A stretch of DNA of 63,548 nucleotides, the filler included, from Licmophora abbreviata (Eukaryota), in assembly GCA_900291995.1 (NCBI GenBank). It is 13 parts of 13 records of this genome, joined end to end, with 100 filler letters (N's around TTAATTAATTAA, not from the genome) between each part and the next. Parts side by side here need not be neighbours in the genome. Positions count along the whole stretch, not along the records: positions 20,775 to 23,229 come from OLMU01002398.1; positions 23,330 to 32,516 come from OLMU01002399.1; positions 32,617 to 34,498 come from OLMU01002400.1; 10 more parts are not named here. One strand, written 5' to 3'. The notes below the pieces were generated by a model. That model ran no database searches. It saw nothing but the letters and a program-made list of their open reading frames with translations, and was not told where the DNA came from. Both the position numbers and the translations under genes were made by a program. Below, in pieces: positions 21,147 to 33,218 of the stretch. Position 1 is the first letter of the stretch; each line of letters begins with the position of its first letter.

Positions 21147-22654
21147 CTAGATAATGCCGCCGCCGTAACCGCGCTCCGGCGCGTACATGTCTGGGTAGTC
21201 ACGAGCACTGGCGTGCCTCCTCTTGATGAGCGATGGTCCTTCTCGCTTCAGATCTGCCACTGTTCCGGTACCTAGCAGACCCATAGCACGGTCCAGTTCC
21301 ACCTTGAGGATGTCGTACGCCTTGATGACACCTTCCGTGCCACCAGCAGCAAGTCCGTAGAGATACGGTTTACCTACGCCGACTGAGTCGGCGCCGAGAG
21401 CCAGAGCCTTGCAAATGTCTGTTCCACGTTGGACACCTCCATCCATGATGATCTCCACGTCTGGTCCCACAGCCTCTCGGATGGAAGGAAGCACATCAAT
21501 GGTGGCAGGCGACGTCTCGAGCTGACGCGCCCCATGATTTGACACCCAGATACTAGAAAAGCCAATCTCAATCGCCTTCTTGGCGTCCTCCGGACGTACC
21601 ACACCCTTGGGAGCAGCAGGGCCATTCCACTCTCCGAGAAGCCACTCCGCATCTTTCCAACTAAACTCAGGCGAAAGCTGGCTGTTGACAAAGGCAGCTA
21701 GCGAGTCGGCGGGTACGTCGGTATTGATGCAGGCGTACGTGTAGGGCTCGTGAGAGAGAAAATCGTAGGTCCACGCTGGCTTGCGGATGGCTTCGACCAT
21801 CTGTGCAATAGAGTACTTGGGAGGGATGGAGAAGTCGTTGCGAATGTCCCGCTCGCGGTTGCCGTACCACGTAAAGTCAACGGTTAGAGCGAGAGCGTTG
21901 AAGCCGCCCTCCTTGGCCTTGGCCAGGACTTCCTTTACGAGTTCTCGATCCTTCCAAACATAAAGCTGAAAGACCTTCGGTCCCTTGTGCAATTTTCCGA
22001 TTTCCTTGATACCAGTGGTCGCCAATGAGGAGAGACCGTACAAGGTACCATGGTGATCAGCAGCTTTGGCAGCGGCAGTCTCGCCTTCCCAGTGGAACAT
22101 TCGGTTCCCGGCCGTGGGACAGCCAAAGAAGGGAAGATTCACGTCGCAGCCGAAAATTTTGGTGCTCATGTCAAGAGGGGGCTTGATACCGGCCAAGATT
22201 TTGTAGTGCATCTCCAGTTCGGAGTATGCGTCCTTTCCACGCCGGAGCGAAATCTCATCGTCTGCACCAGCGTCAAGGTAGTCAAAAACCATCTGCGAGT
22301 GAAGAAAACGAAATTGGGGACGACAGGGGAAAGATTGAGCAAGCGGACACGAGAACGGAACCGGCTGAAATCTCATCGTCGGATGGCTCGTCTAAGCCAG
22401 CCGGCACAAAGTCTTCGCGCTTCTCCGCAGCGACACGTCCAGATTGGAACTGTACCATGTCGCTGTCCCCTACATTCTTCTAGCAATCTTCCACTGCGAC
22501 GTACCTTATGGGCACGGGACTTGGCAATCAACCGAAGGTCGGCAATGTTGACAGCCTTCGCGAGCCGCCTCTTGTATGGCGCATCAAAGACTGCATTCAG
22601 TGGAACATACTGAAGCACCTTGTGAACTCCCAGCTTGTGAGGATTGATCACCAT
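21147..22654 (-). CDS. FMN-dependent alpha-hydroxy acid oxidase/dehydrogenase (glycolate oxidase / L-lactate dehydrogenase family); intron 22293-22504
   Basis: FDYLDAGADDE, FQLYVWKDRE, ALTVD...GNRERD, SNHGARQLE, DGGVQRGTDICKALALGA. No PTS1 (ends GGII). Confidence 0.93.
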
Positions 22655-23146
22655 GACTTGGAGATATGAACAGATCCAGGTAAGGACGCTTTGACTTCGA
22701 CAACAACAAGTCCAAAAGGCCGAGGAATCTGATCACCAGGCCGTGTGTGCGATGACGAAGATGTTGTCCGCCTCTCGGCGGGTACGTACGCGACGACGTT
22801 TATTGGCGCGCGAAAGCAATGCGACGGTTCAAAGTGAGCTACGGAGAATCATACTGGCGATCTCGTAGAAAGGAGACTTCAACTTGAGATTGTCAGCAAG
22901 TTGAAGGTTTTCGGCGCACTTCAACCCAACACTGCGTCAGCATTGGCCTGTGTCGAAGTTCGACCGTGTCGAGCAAACAGATTTGGGCGTGGGCTAGACT
23001 GGTATGGTCCTACACTGATACTAGCTCGATTGCGATCCTATCAACGATGTATGTTGCGATTGGACTCCAGTAGAACTTCAAGCTTCATGGGCAGCTTCCG
23101 ACCAGGGACTTGTATTGTTGAGCCCGGGCTAGCTATCGATACTACA

Positions 23147-24779
23147 CTACCATTGTTCACCTACGTCTGTGCCTTGCCGTTTCCTTCCTCGGCCGCCTCG
23201 GCCAGTCGTCGTTGTAAACCTAGCTGGGTNNNNNNNNNNNNNNNNNNNNNNNNNNNNNNNNNNNNNNNNNNNNTTAATTAATTAANNNNNNNNNNNNNNN
23301 NNNNNNNNNNNNNNNNNNNNNNNNNNNNNAGCTGGGTCGAAGGGTTTTAAATTGACGCTCTTGCTTTCACCGTCCAGCACGAGTTCGGAGATCGCCTTTC
23401 CACAAGCCGGGGCCCACGCAATGCCCCTATTACAAAGGAAGAAGCAGAAGCAAAAAGTCTTGCGCGCGTAAGAGATGTGATGCGGTAATGATACTGCTGT
23501 GCATTGATATAACAAGAACTCACCAGCAGTTGTGTCCTGCATTCATGTAAGCTCCTTCATAACCGGGTACACGTCCCATGTACGGCATGGCATCGGGCGG
23601 ACATGGCCGCATGCACGCTTGGACACGGTCCAGTTCGCCGACAGACTGGTACAGTTTCGACATTTCCTGAAAGGAACTCTGTGCGGCTTCGACTCTTGAC
23701 TCCTTGGCATCACAGTCTTCCCGAAACGCACCAGCCTGCAAGTCTTCTTTGGAAATATAGTCGGAGCCACCGATGCCGCAAATGTAAATCGTACCATCTG
23801 GACGAGGATATACTTCCACTAACGAGAGAAAGAAGAGAGGAGGAGGAAGATATGAGACCATGAGTTATAGCAATCAGTAAAATGGACCGCCACAAATTCA
23901 CTTACAATGCGTCCCGAACCGGTTGTCCTCACCACAGAACAAGGCCGTCGCGTCGACAGTATCCATTGTATCCGGTTTTTTCCAAACTATACTGGTACTC
24001 TTGATGCCCTCCATGGGCAGCTCCACAGCACCCTGAAACCACTCCTCCGCCGCACATGACCAGGGTCCCGCCGACACAATCATGGTATCCGCTGGGAGCA
24101 GAATAGGCTCATCATCACTACTACTATTGCTAGCATCACCACGGGGAGTGTACTTGACTCCCGTAATTTTGCGACTCCCCCGTTCGGATCCTTGATCTGT
24201 ATCTACTCCCACACATGTACCGAGCACCACTTGAATACCACTGTGGGACAGCATCTTCTCGACGACTTGATTGGGGGTGATTTGCGCCGTGTCGTCACCG
24301 AGCCCGAGCGGCGAGATTCGTCCCGCAACGCCGTCCAACCATTCAGGCATGATGTTCTTTAGCACTCGATCTCGACGAGCCTGTTTGATACCATCGTAAC
24401 CAGGCGAGACGGAGAGTACGGGCAGTTTCCGATAGGATTGAATGTCGAGCTCCGTCGCCAGTTCTTCGTACATGTCGAAGGCGAGTTCGTGTAGTTTTTG
24501 CGTCGGGGATCCATCGCCCCAGCTGCGTGCCATGAAGCCGCCACCTTTTCCACTTGCGGCTGATGCAGGTGCCTTAGACTCCAGAATAGTGATGCTCAGA
24601 CTTGGATCCCTCTTGAAGAGCTGGTAGGCCACCGATGTGCCTTGAATGCCACCGCCGACTACGACAATGTTCTTGGGTGTCGACGACGAGGAAGCCATGG
24701 AACGAGTTAGCGTTGGAATTAAGGATATGAGCAAGAGAGAAATAGGAGTCACACGTCGACTGGAAGCAAGAAAGCTCAT
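23147..24779 (-). CDS. FAD-dependent oxidoreductase, DAO/glycine oxidase family (Tda3-like); introns 23819-23905 and 23427-23523; last exon spans gap 23230
   Basis: IVVVGGGIQG, ASGKGGGF, SAGPWS, EVYPRPDG, QACMRP..PDAMPYMG, AGHNCWGIAWAPACG. Gap flanks overlap (AGCTGGGT) and give the C-terminus FDPARF...GEQW*. Confidence 0.85.
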
Positions 24780-25065
24780 TCTGCAAGGCGAGGTAGGACG
24801 GAGATCGACACGGCGACGGCCTTGCCATGTCGAAATTGCCATGAAAGTTTACAAAAGCGCGGCGTATCCACAACACAGGATCGCGCGCGCGATTTTTCCG
24901 AGAAGAACGTCCGTCCGGTGCCCGCTCACAGAAAAGTGCGAGGTTTTCTGGATGCGAAGAAGATCTTTCGGTTCCAATTTTGATGGAGGCTTCGTCGACA
25001 TTACATCAACGAAAAGGGTTGCCCAATCTCAGAAGCTCAACAGCAAATTGCTATTGTAGACTGTC

Positions 25066-26946
25066 ATGATGAGAGGATGTATACTTGTAGTGGTCTTGAG
25101 TCTGCTATGTAGCTCTGTGGGTGGCGCTGCGGCGGAGTCAGCCTTGGCCAACGAAGCACTTTCCAAGCGTGAGTTTGTGTAATTAGTTGTGTATTTTCAT
25201 TGAACACACAGCAAGAAACGCTTTCATTCACTCTCATGCACTCTCTTCGATTCCGATTCTATCTCCAGCTTCCTTGGAAAGTCTCTCAGAATCTCATTTG
25301 CCTCAGTACCGCTTGACGGAAGAAACCATGTCCCCGCGTTTGAAACATATGGAGTACGCTGTTCGTGGCAAGGTGGTGATTGCCGCCGATGAGCTCAACA
25401 AGGAAGTCTCACATGGTAACCCCAACCACCGGCCCTTCGATCACATTGTCTATACCAACATCGGAAATCCTCATAGCGTTGGGCAGGATCCTCTGACATG
25501 GCCTCGACAGGTGTCGGCACTGGTTGACCTGCCCGAAGCGGTCGGGGTCGATCATCCCAATGTGCTACACTTGTTTCCCGAGGATGTCGTAGCACGCGCC
25601 CGGGAAATCAAGAGAGGACTTTCAGGTATGGGAACTGGGGCATATACGCACAGTAAGGGTGCGAAGTACTTCCGAGATGACATTGCACGCTTCATTGCCA
25701 AACGAGATGGCGGCGTTCCGTCTGACCCCGAACAGTTGTTCATGACGAATGGAGCGAGTGCGGGTATCGGCATGATACTGACGGCCCTAGTGGCCGATGA
25801 CACATGGTGAGTGATGCCGAGTGTGTACAGTCGTGTGCTCTTTATGGTTTCGAAATGAAGCGTACTAAACTGTGTCTCCTGCGTCGTACATATGCTGTAG
25901 CGGTGTTATGATTCCAATTCCACAGTATCCTATTTACTCGGCAACAATCGATTTGCTCGGAGGACACAAGGTGGGCTACTTTCTGGACGAAAAGAATGGA
26001 TGGGATCTCAACATGGCAGAACTCGAGCGATCCTTACGTCATGCCAGGGAGGAAGGCATCAACGTGAGTGCGTTCGTCTTGATCAACCCTGGGAATCCGA
26101 CAGGACAGGTTCTGTCGCGCAAAGCTGTGCAGGATGTGTGCAAGTTTTGCGCAAAGCACAAGTTGGTCTTGATGGCGGATGAAGTGTACCAGGAGAATAT
26201 TTATGACAAGGATCACGAGTTTGTGAGTTGCAAACGTGCAGCGTACGAAACGGGATTATTGGAAGAAGGTGGACTCGAGCTTGTGTCGTTTCATTCCACT
26301 AGCAAGGGACTGTTTGGGGAATGCGGTCGTCGCGGTGGATACATGGAGCTGGTCGGATTTGATCCCAAAGTGATGGAACACATCTACAAGCTGGCGTCTT
26401 CGAATCTTTGCTCGACCGTAGCGGGACAAGTCATGATGAGTCTCATGGTGAGGGGCCCTGAACCCGGGGAGGAATCGTACAACCTTCACGAATCCGAGAA
26501 GCGAGCAATATTTGAGGGCTTAATGGAGCGATCCAAAATTGTCAGTGAAGGGCTCGACTCAATCCCAGGATTCTCTTGTCAGCCAGCAATGGGATCTATG
26601 TATTGCTTTCCCTCCGCAAAACTCCCAGCTCGGGCCATCGAGGCTGCTGAAATGGAAGGAATATCGCCAGATACTTTGTATGCGCTTTCCCTTCTGGAAG
26701 CAACGGGCATATGCGTAGTACCGGCGAGTGGGTTTGGACAAGAAAAGGGAAGATATGGATTCCGGTAAGTTTCATGACAAACGAACACAAGAGCATGTGC
26801 GGTGGCATTGTATTAGTCTCACACGCGCCGCGTTCTACCTCACTATGTGCAGAACGACGTTCCTGCCACCGATGCATGAAATGGAGAAAGCTGTCGAGTC
26901 AATCCGCCGTCATTACGAAGATTTCTGCAAGGAATACGGACATTGA
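25066..26946 (+). CDS. Alanine (glutamate:glyoxylate-type) aminotransferase with N-terminal signal peptide; introns 25169-25268, ~25807-25900, ~26765-26851
   Basis: EYAVRG, NIGNPH, GAYTHSKG, PIPQYPIYSA, INPGNPTGQ, DEVYQENIY, SFHSTSKG...GECGRRGG, VPASGFGQ...FRTTFLP. Exon 1 encodes MMRGCILVVVLSLLCSSVGGAAAES. Confidence 0.92.
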
Positions 26947-27141
26947 ATATCCCCCGGGCATGCCTCTCTTCGAGTTATCGCGCAGCTTGTACGAATATGA
27001 AGAAACGCCGCTGCTAACATAGTCAAGACTATTTTCCTAACCGCTTAGAAAAATATCGAGTCCCACGTTCGCTCCCAGCATCGACGCCGTTCACCACATA
27101 TAAGTCACAAGACACGCACATAAAGGATAGCACTCTCGAAT

Positions 27142-28261
27142 TTACTTTCGCTTTCGTAGCCCGTCCTCCTTTGTCTTTGCACCGTCGCCATTAGCCGTTA
27201 TCTCTTCTAAGATCTTGGCAACTTCGTCATTCCCTTCAGCTCGCGCCTGATCTAGAGGTGACTTTCCTTCCTTATCCTTGGCAGCAGCCAAACTACTTGC
27301 CTCGTTTCGCAATACCCTTGCAGCGTCGACACTTCCATGGAAGCCAGCCCAGTGCATCGCATTCCACCCTTCCTGGTCCGTAATGGCAGGATTCCCACCC
27401 ATCTCCAGTACTTGTCGAATGGCACTGCCGGAACCCTTTGCATTCAATCCTGACAGAATCATCACAGGAGTCCAACCGGCTTCCTTGGTCACGTGATTGC
27501 AGTTCTTCTTGTTCAAGACATTCATGAGCGGTCCAAGATCGGCCTTGGAACCTGCATCCCACGTATCCAACATGACATTTTCAACCGAAGCACTCTCCTT
27601 GATGCGACCTGCTGCTGCTGTCGCACGAACGACCACCGGATTACCGGACTCGTCTACAATTTCATCGTCGTCGGTCAGTTCTCCGCCATTTTGGCTTCAA
27701 ACACGTCCTTGTCAATGGGCTTGCCGTTTAGGTAGGCCATGACAAGTTTGTTCTCAAGCATATTGAAGGGTGCCATGATGCTCTGAATGGCCAGACCGAT
27801 CACCATGCCCTTGTAAAAGTGTAACCCAGTCGTCAAGCAAATTCCAAAGAGAGTGCTGAACAACAAGGAGCGAGCTTGTGAAACCACGTGCTTTCCAAAG
27901 ACCGCCTGCGTGTACTTTTTCTTGGCATCGGGGTCTGCGAATGGCTGTAGTACGCAATGAAAGATACGTAAGACATGCATGGGAAGTAAGATAAGGATGC
28001 GAGTTTGTCCAACGGAAAAGCATCGGACATCGTCGTGGACACACAAGAACGCACCGTTGCAGGAGGAGGAACGTAAATCAGGTCGGTCTTGTCCTTGACG
28101 AGGCCTGCTTGGACGTACGTGTACGCCACTAGCATGACGATGAGACACTGAACACTGAAGTACGCCACCCTTAACCAGTAAATGATATTCGGGTCTTCTC
28201 CGTCGATCTTGCGAGCCGCCAGCATGACGGGGATCATGACGAACATCTTGTTGAACGCCAT
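27142..28261 (-). CDS. Pho88/SND3-like membrane protein fused to C-terminal ankyrin repeats; one intron (~27946-28054) and an apparent frameshift near 27682
   Basis: N-terminus ARKIDGEDPNIIYWLRVAY...LHFYKG...LAIQSIMAPFNMLEN (Pho88-like). A shifted frame continues ELTDDDEIVDESGNP into ankyrin motifs GWTPVM, GWNAMHWA, GKSPLDQA. Confidence 0.7.
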
Positions 28262-28755
28262 GGTGGTGCTTGAATACACTGAATTTTGTTTTATTTTTTG
28301 GACGTCGTCTCTTCAAATTTCGGGAATCTCACAAGACCGCTCGATACTCCAATGATCAAGGCGGGTCTAGAAAGGTATCTGCAGGAGCCTTGAACGCTTG
28401 TATCACACAATAAGGCGCCCAACAAAAGGACACTGCGCTGTGGTCGACTGTCTTCTTTTTGTGTCGGCAGCGCGGGGTTTGGTTTCTGATCACGAGCGGT
28501 CTACGTGGACGCGTAGAACTCAGTAGTCATGCAACGACAAACTTTCACGGGACTCACTCGACTAGTACCACGTGGAAGATGACCGAATTGCGGAGATGCA
28601 TTTGAGTCCGCGATAGAATGTTTCAAATTTCAAATTGGGGTGCAAGACGATGACGATGACATAGCAACAATGTTGGAGTACTATCAGGAAAAATGGACAT
28701 AACACGCCAAAGTAGCTACACAGCTTCCTGAACTACCGTATGCTCCTGCTATACT

Positions 28756-30216
28756 TTACGTTATGGTCGCCGACGCGTTCTGCAACGTCAACTCTTGATC
28801 GCCTCCTCGATCACCATTGTTACTAGTAGAAGTACCACTCGCATCATTGCCCACGATCACGGCCCCACCTTGCTCCAAGTCTGATATTTCATTTCGAATT
28901 CGTTCTGTTGCTTCCTCTTCTGCTTCTTGTAAGAGTCTATGAAATTGCCATGCCCGAATACAGCACAAGAACCACACCAACGCGGGCAGCATCATTGCAA
29001 ACAATGCTTGCACATAGAAATCAGAATCATCCATCGGAGGATACTCCTCTTCATCGTCGTTGCCATTGTTGTGATTGCGTTCGACGCGGTGTTCGTCCGC
29101 ACGCCGCTCTGCTTGAACATTCATGAAGTAATAAAACACGTTCCAACAAATGCCCGTCACGACAATGCCAACGAGGTAGCGTCTTGCCAGTCGCAGTGTA
29201 TTTTCCGTCGTGGCCTTGATGCCCAACGTCGCAACGTAGAACCCCAAAGTACTAATAACTAGATCGAACGAATCGGTCATTCTCCAAGGGCGCATTGTCA
29301 CTACTGCTTCTTGACTGGCATCGGAAGGACTAAAGAAATCGTCGCCGTAATCATACGAATCCGGGGTCGATGAATGATTGGAAGGAGGTTGAGTCGAGTT
29401 TCCACCTCCGCCCGGATAGCCATCCTCTTCCGGAACGCCGAGCATAACAGTCAAGAGCGCCAGTAGCTCCATGGAACAGATGATCAACAGGAGCAGCGAC
29501 AAAAGTTTGACGTTGTTTTGCGCCTCCAAGACTTCGTCGCTGCCAAGTACCAAAATACTGGCTCGCTGCTCGGCTTCGTCGGGATCCAGAATAATCTGAG
29601 GAACATGCGCGCCACCCGTCACCGTATCGTCGTCGTCGTCGCCACCTTCATTACCAGCACCATGAGATGCCGAGGATCTTGTGTCGACAACAGACGAGGA
29701 CGACTGCACGACGACCCTAGGTTTTGGAAACAAGTGCAAGATGGTCTCAGGGTCTGTAATTCCAATTTCACTCAGCCTATCGTTATCATCGAGCAGCTTG
29801 CCTCGGTAGATAAGACGCTGTGATTTCTTGGGGACCTTGTGCACCTTACTTCCGGCCTGTTTCAGGTCTGCCACTGTGGCAGTAGTCTTGTGCACTCGTA
29901 CTGTGAACCGATTGTGCGCGGGATCCAAAATGACCAATGGGAGTGCATCCTTGTCGTCTTCGTCGAGGGTCAGACTCGCATCATGTGCATCATCATCAAT
30001 ATCATCACGGTCCTGTAGTAGGGCCGTGGAATCAGCGGGGAGACTGTTTCTACTAGTAGCAGCCCGACTCGGTGTCACTACGGATGAATCTTGCTGTTCT
30101 TCGGCTGTTGATGCGTCTTCTTCATCTGCTTGCTGTTGCACACGATTGTAGGCAGGACGGCGACGTCGTCCCGCTGCTGCAGCTCGGAGGGATGACGAGG
30201 ATGATGCTCTTGGCAT
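28756..30216 (-). CDS. Ubiquitin-like-domain multi-pass membrane protein
   Basis: ATVADLK...VPKKSQRLIYRGKLLDDNDRLSEIGI...ILHL (Ubl) followed by about 4 transmembrane segments. Confidence 0.75.
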   Translation of the reverse strand: MPRASSSSSLRAAAAGRRRRPAYNRVQQQADEEDASTAEEQQDSSVVTPSRAATSRNSLPADSTALLQDRDDIDDDAHDASLTLDEDDKDALPLVILDPAHNRFTVRVHKTTATVADLKQAGSKVHKVPKKSQRLIYRGKLLDDNDRLSEIGITDPETILHLFPKPRVVVQSSSSVVDTRSSASHGAGNEGGDDDDDTVTGGAHVPQIILDPDEAEQRASILVLGSDEVLEAQNNVKLLSLLLLIICSMELLALLTVMLGVPEEDGYPGGGGNSTQPPSNHSSTPDSYDYGDDFFSPSDASQEAVVTMRPWRMTDSFDLVISTLGFYVATLGIKATTENTLRLARRYLVGIVVTGICWNVFYYFMNVQAERRADEHRVERNHNNGNDDEEEYPPMDDSDFYVQALFAMMLPALVWFLCCIRAWQFHRLLQEAEEEATERIRNEISDLEQGGAVIVGNDASGTSTSNNGDRGGDQELTLQNASATIT

Positions 30217-31327
30217 AGTAGTAAAGGAGACAATCCACAAATATAGAGTGGTCTTGTAAGATTCGAGAACAGTAACAGCGAAGTAGTCTATGCGACCTCA
30301 CACTCGCCGTGCTCAACATTTGAAACGTGAAGTCATCAAACTTCTTTAGCCTCTGTTGGTGAGGGACAGACGGACCAAATTTATATGGCATCCGGCAACT
30401 AGGATGCTTAAACCCCCCCCCTGCAACGGATAAAGATCATATTTTTGTGTTTTGCCAGTAATACTTATATTTAAAACCTCGCGTATTCTTCAAAATGATA
30501 ATTTTTAAATTATGTTTTTTCCATTGATATCGGACCACAGCCGCCGAGGAGTGTCCGAAACTCAAACAGGCGCGCCAAAAATATCTCGGTCATTCGCGAC
30601 GTCTGCACGAGAATTCTGGCCTCACTCTTTCTGCCAGAACATTGAAAGCCTTCCGTTGTGCTTGCGCTCATTTGGAGAGATCCACAGCCTGTGGAACATC
30701 TCCTGCCGTCAGTTTAGCCTCTTGTAAGACTAGTGAGTTGCTTCGATTCTGAAATTGGTGCAAGAAAAAGTGACAGAACAAAAATCACAGTCCCTCGTCA
30801 TTGTCTCGGAACAAGCCCTGTCACGTCCGTTTCGACTCGAAAGTCAAGTTTAACCTCGACTTTTCCGGCCAAACTCACTTCGCTGTATACATCTACACGT
30901 ACGCTACAAGGAATTCTCGAATTCTGCGTCCAATGTAAGTGTTTTGGCCCATTCGTGGACCATTTTCTCATGGCTTGGGGTGTCGTGCTGTTCTTGTTCT
31001 TCCGTTCGAGAATTTCTTGGGAGTATTGTTGTTATATCCTGATGACGTCGTATACTGTGAATTCCGTAGATCCTACGACAGAGTCACCATTTGACACCAA
31101 AGATTGCCCTTTAGAAAGCTACGTGATGTTTCTACTAGAATTGAAGTGTCAATGATGGGACTTGAGACTTTGTTCTGTGCGAGAAAAAAGATGGAGTGTG
31201 CTGTTGCTTTTGTTCTTTTGAAAAATGGATGTAGGAGACGAGCCTGATAAATAGATCACTAAACACTTCCCTGCTTGATCATCCTCATCATCACCAGCAA
31301 AGAAGGCAGAGCACACCACTCAGTACA

Positions 31328-32844
31328 ATGGAGGGTCCAGGAGGAGCGGATACGAGTCTCCTTCAGAGGCGTTCTTCGTTGCCGCCGCGCTTGCATGCGA
31401 CTTTGACGCGACGCATACAGCGCCACTCTTCCTTGAGAAAGACTCCCGTCGCCTCTTCGTCGTCGATTCGGTTGAACAAGTCCAATCCATACGTTGGGTC
31501 CTTTCGTCATGCGCCGCCTACTATTGTCAATCGAAACAAGAATAGTGTGACAAGTCGGCCCATGTCTCTTCTGGAAACCTACCGCATGAACGCTCGAGGC
31601 TCCCTCTTCCTCGCCTCCTCCTCGCTGCACAAGCTCAAAAGCTCCCCCTACATTGGATGGTTCCGTCATTCTCCTCCGTCTCGTCTCGACATGTGTCATG
31701 AACATCACTTCGAGGAGGAACTCTCCCTCATGTTGGAGACAGTCAAACAGTCGGCAAGTCAGTGGACACTCTCCAAGAAGTCGAACATTTGGGTCAGCGG
31801 CCATCTCCGTGGTGGTGCACCCGAGTTCCGTCCCTTTCGGACGCATCACAATCTGTACGACTCTTCCACTTCAGGTCGCTCGGGTACCAGTCAGATTCTG
31901 TCCAGGGTCGCATCGTGGGTGCTTTCGACACTGTCCCCCGACGGCGACGACTGCGAAAAGTACAAGCACGACACGGACATGACAGAACTCTTTCCCAACC
32001 TTTATCCTCCCCTCAAGACCATCAAGGAACAGGACGACAGCGGAGATGACCAAGACTCGGGCGAATCGAGTGTGGGTACGAACGACGACGACGACTATAC
32101 CGAAGACGATGTCGATATTTCCATATCGTCCATGGCCGAAGCGTATTATACTCATCATGCGACCAAAGCATTGGACGATACTACACACACCAACGTGGAG
32201 GATGGCGGTCATAGACTGGACTATGTCATTACGCAAATGGACATTGCGCGTATGGCTCGTAATGCGTCTAGGCATTTGGATGTGGCGAGCATTCTGAGTC
32301 TACCGACCATTACGTACCGATCCGATGGTCATGACGAATCACGAGACCAACTAGAAGACAATGATGAAGATGAGAAACAGCAAGGTGCAGAGTGGAGCTG
32401 GATGATTGTGCCGCCGAACCCACTCCCGGCGTCTACTGATGGCAAGCATGCCTTGAACGAGGAGAGTCATGTTTGCGTCATTTGCTTGGAACAGTTTGTC
32501 GATGGAGATCGCCTTCNNNNNNNNNNNNNNNNNNNNNNNNNNNNNNNNNNNNNNNNNNNNTTAATTAATTAANNNNNNNNNNNNNNNNNNNNNNNNNNNN
32601 NNNNNNNNNNNNNNNNCGCCTTCGTTTGCTACCGTGTAACCATTCCTTTCATGTCGGTTGTATAGACCGGTGGTTATCGGGGTCGCACTCCTTTGATGAC
32701 TGCTACACGAGTGGATGTCCGACTTGCGAGAAACGGCCCGAGATTCGAGGGCCTCCGGCATCACAGTCGGACGGCTCTGTTCCATCTTGGGCATTTGCCC
32801 GCATCGGCGATGCTCTTGCCAAGGATTCTGTCACATCCGAGTAA
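31328..32844 (+). CDS. RING-H2 E3 ubiquitin ligase, split by gap 32517-32616
   Basis: Flanks overlap (CGCCTTC) and join to [32 protein letters not shown]...CPTC. Confidence 0.88.
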
Positions 32845-33218
32845 TAGGAAACGCGAGAGAGACTAGTCGGCAACACTGGGCTGTGTGCCATGCATAATAT
32901 CAAGAAGAGAGGAATGAAACTCTTTTGCGTGTGACCCCAAGAACCACATCATTATCATCTGTGTGTGGTATCTCAAAGTAAAGTGTAATAAGAACTGTAA
33001 GAATGAAATACTTTGTAGTAAACTGTAGGTGTCGCTAGGTCTTCGCGAGGCTTGGCTTTCTCTTCCTCTCGCACCCTACCTAACTCGGTGTTCGTCATAA
33101 TGACATGGATGGCGTTCTCGCCATCAGAATCATCACAGGAAAAGCTCGAAACCCGAACTTTTGCATTTAAGTTTTACGCCGCGGCCATGACGATGATTTT
33201 TTCGGCGACCATCTCACT

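Noticed and set aside
30410..31250. AT-rich stretch and short ORFs as an ncRNA, element or gene
   Set aside because: No terminal repeats, structure or coding signal were recognised. It is probably a divergent promoter region.
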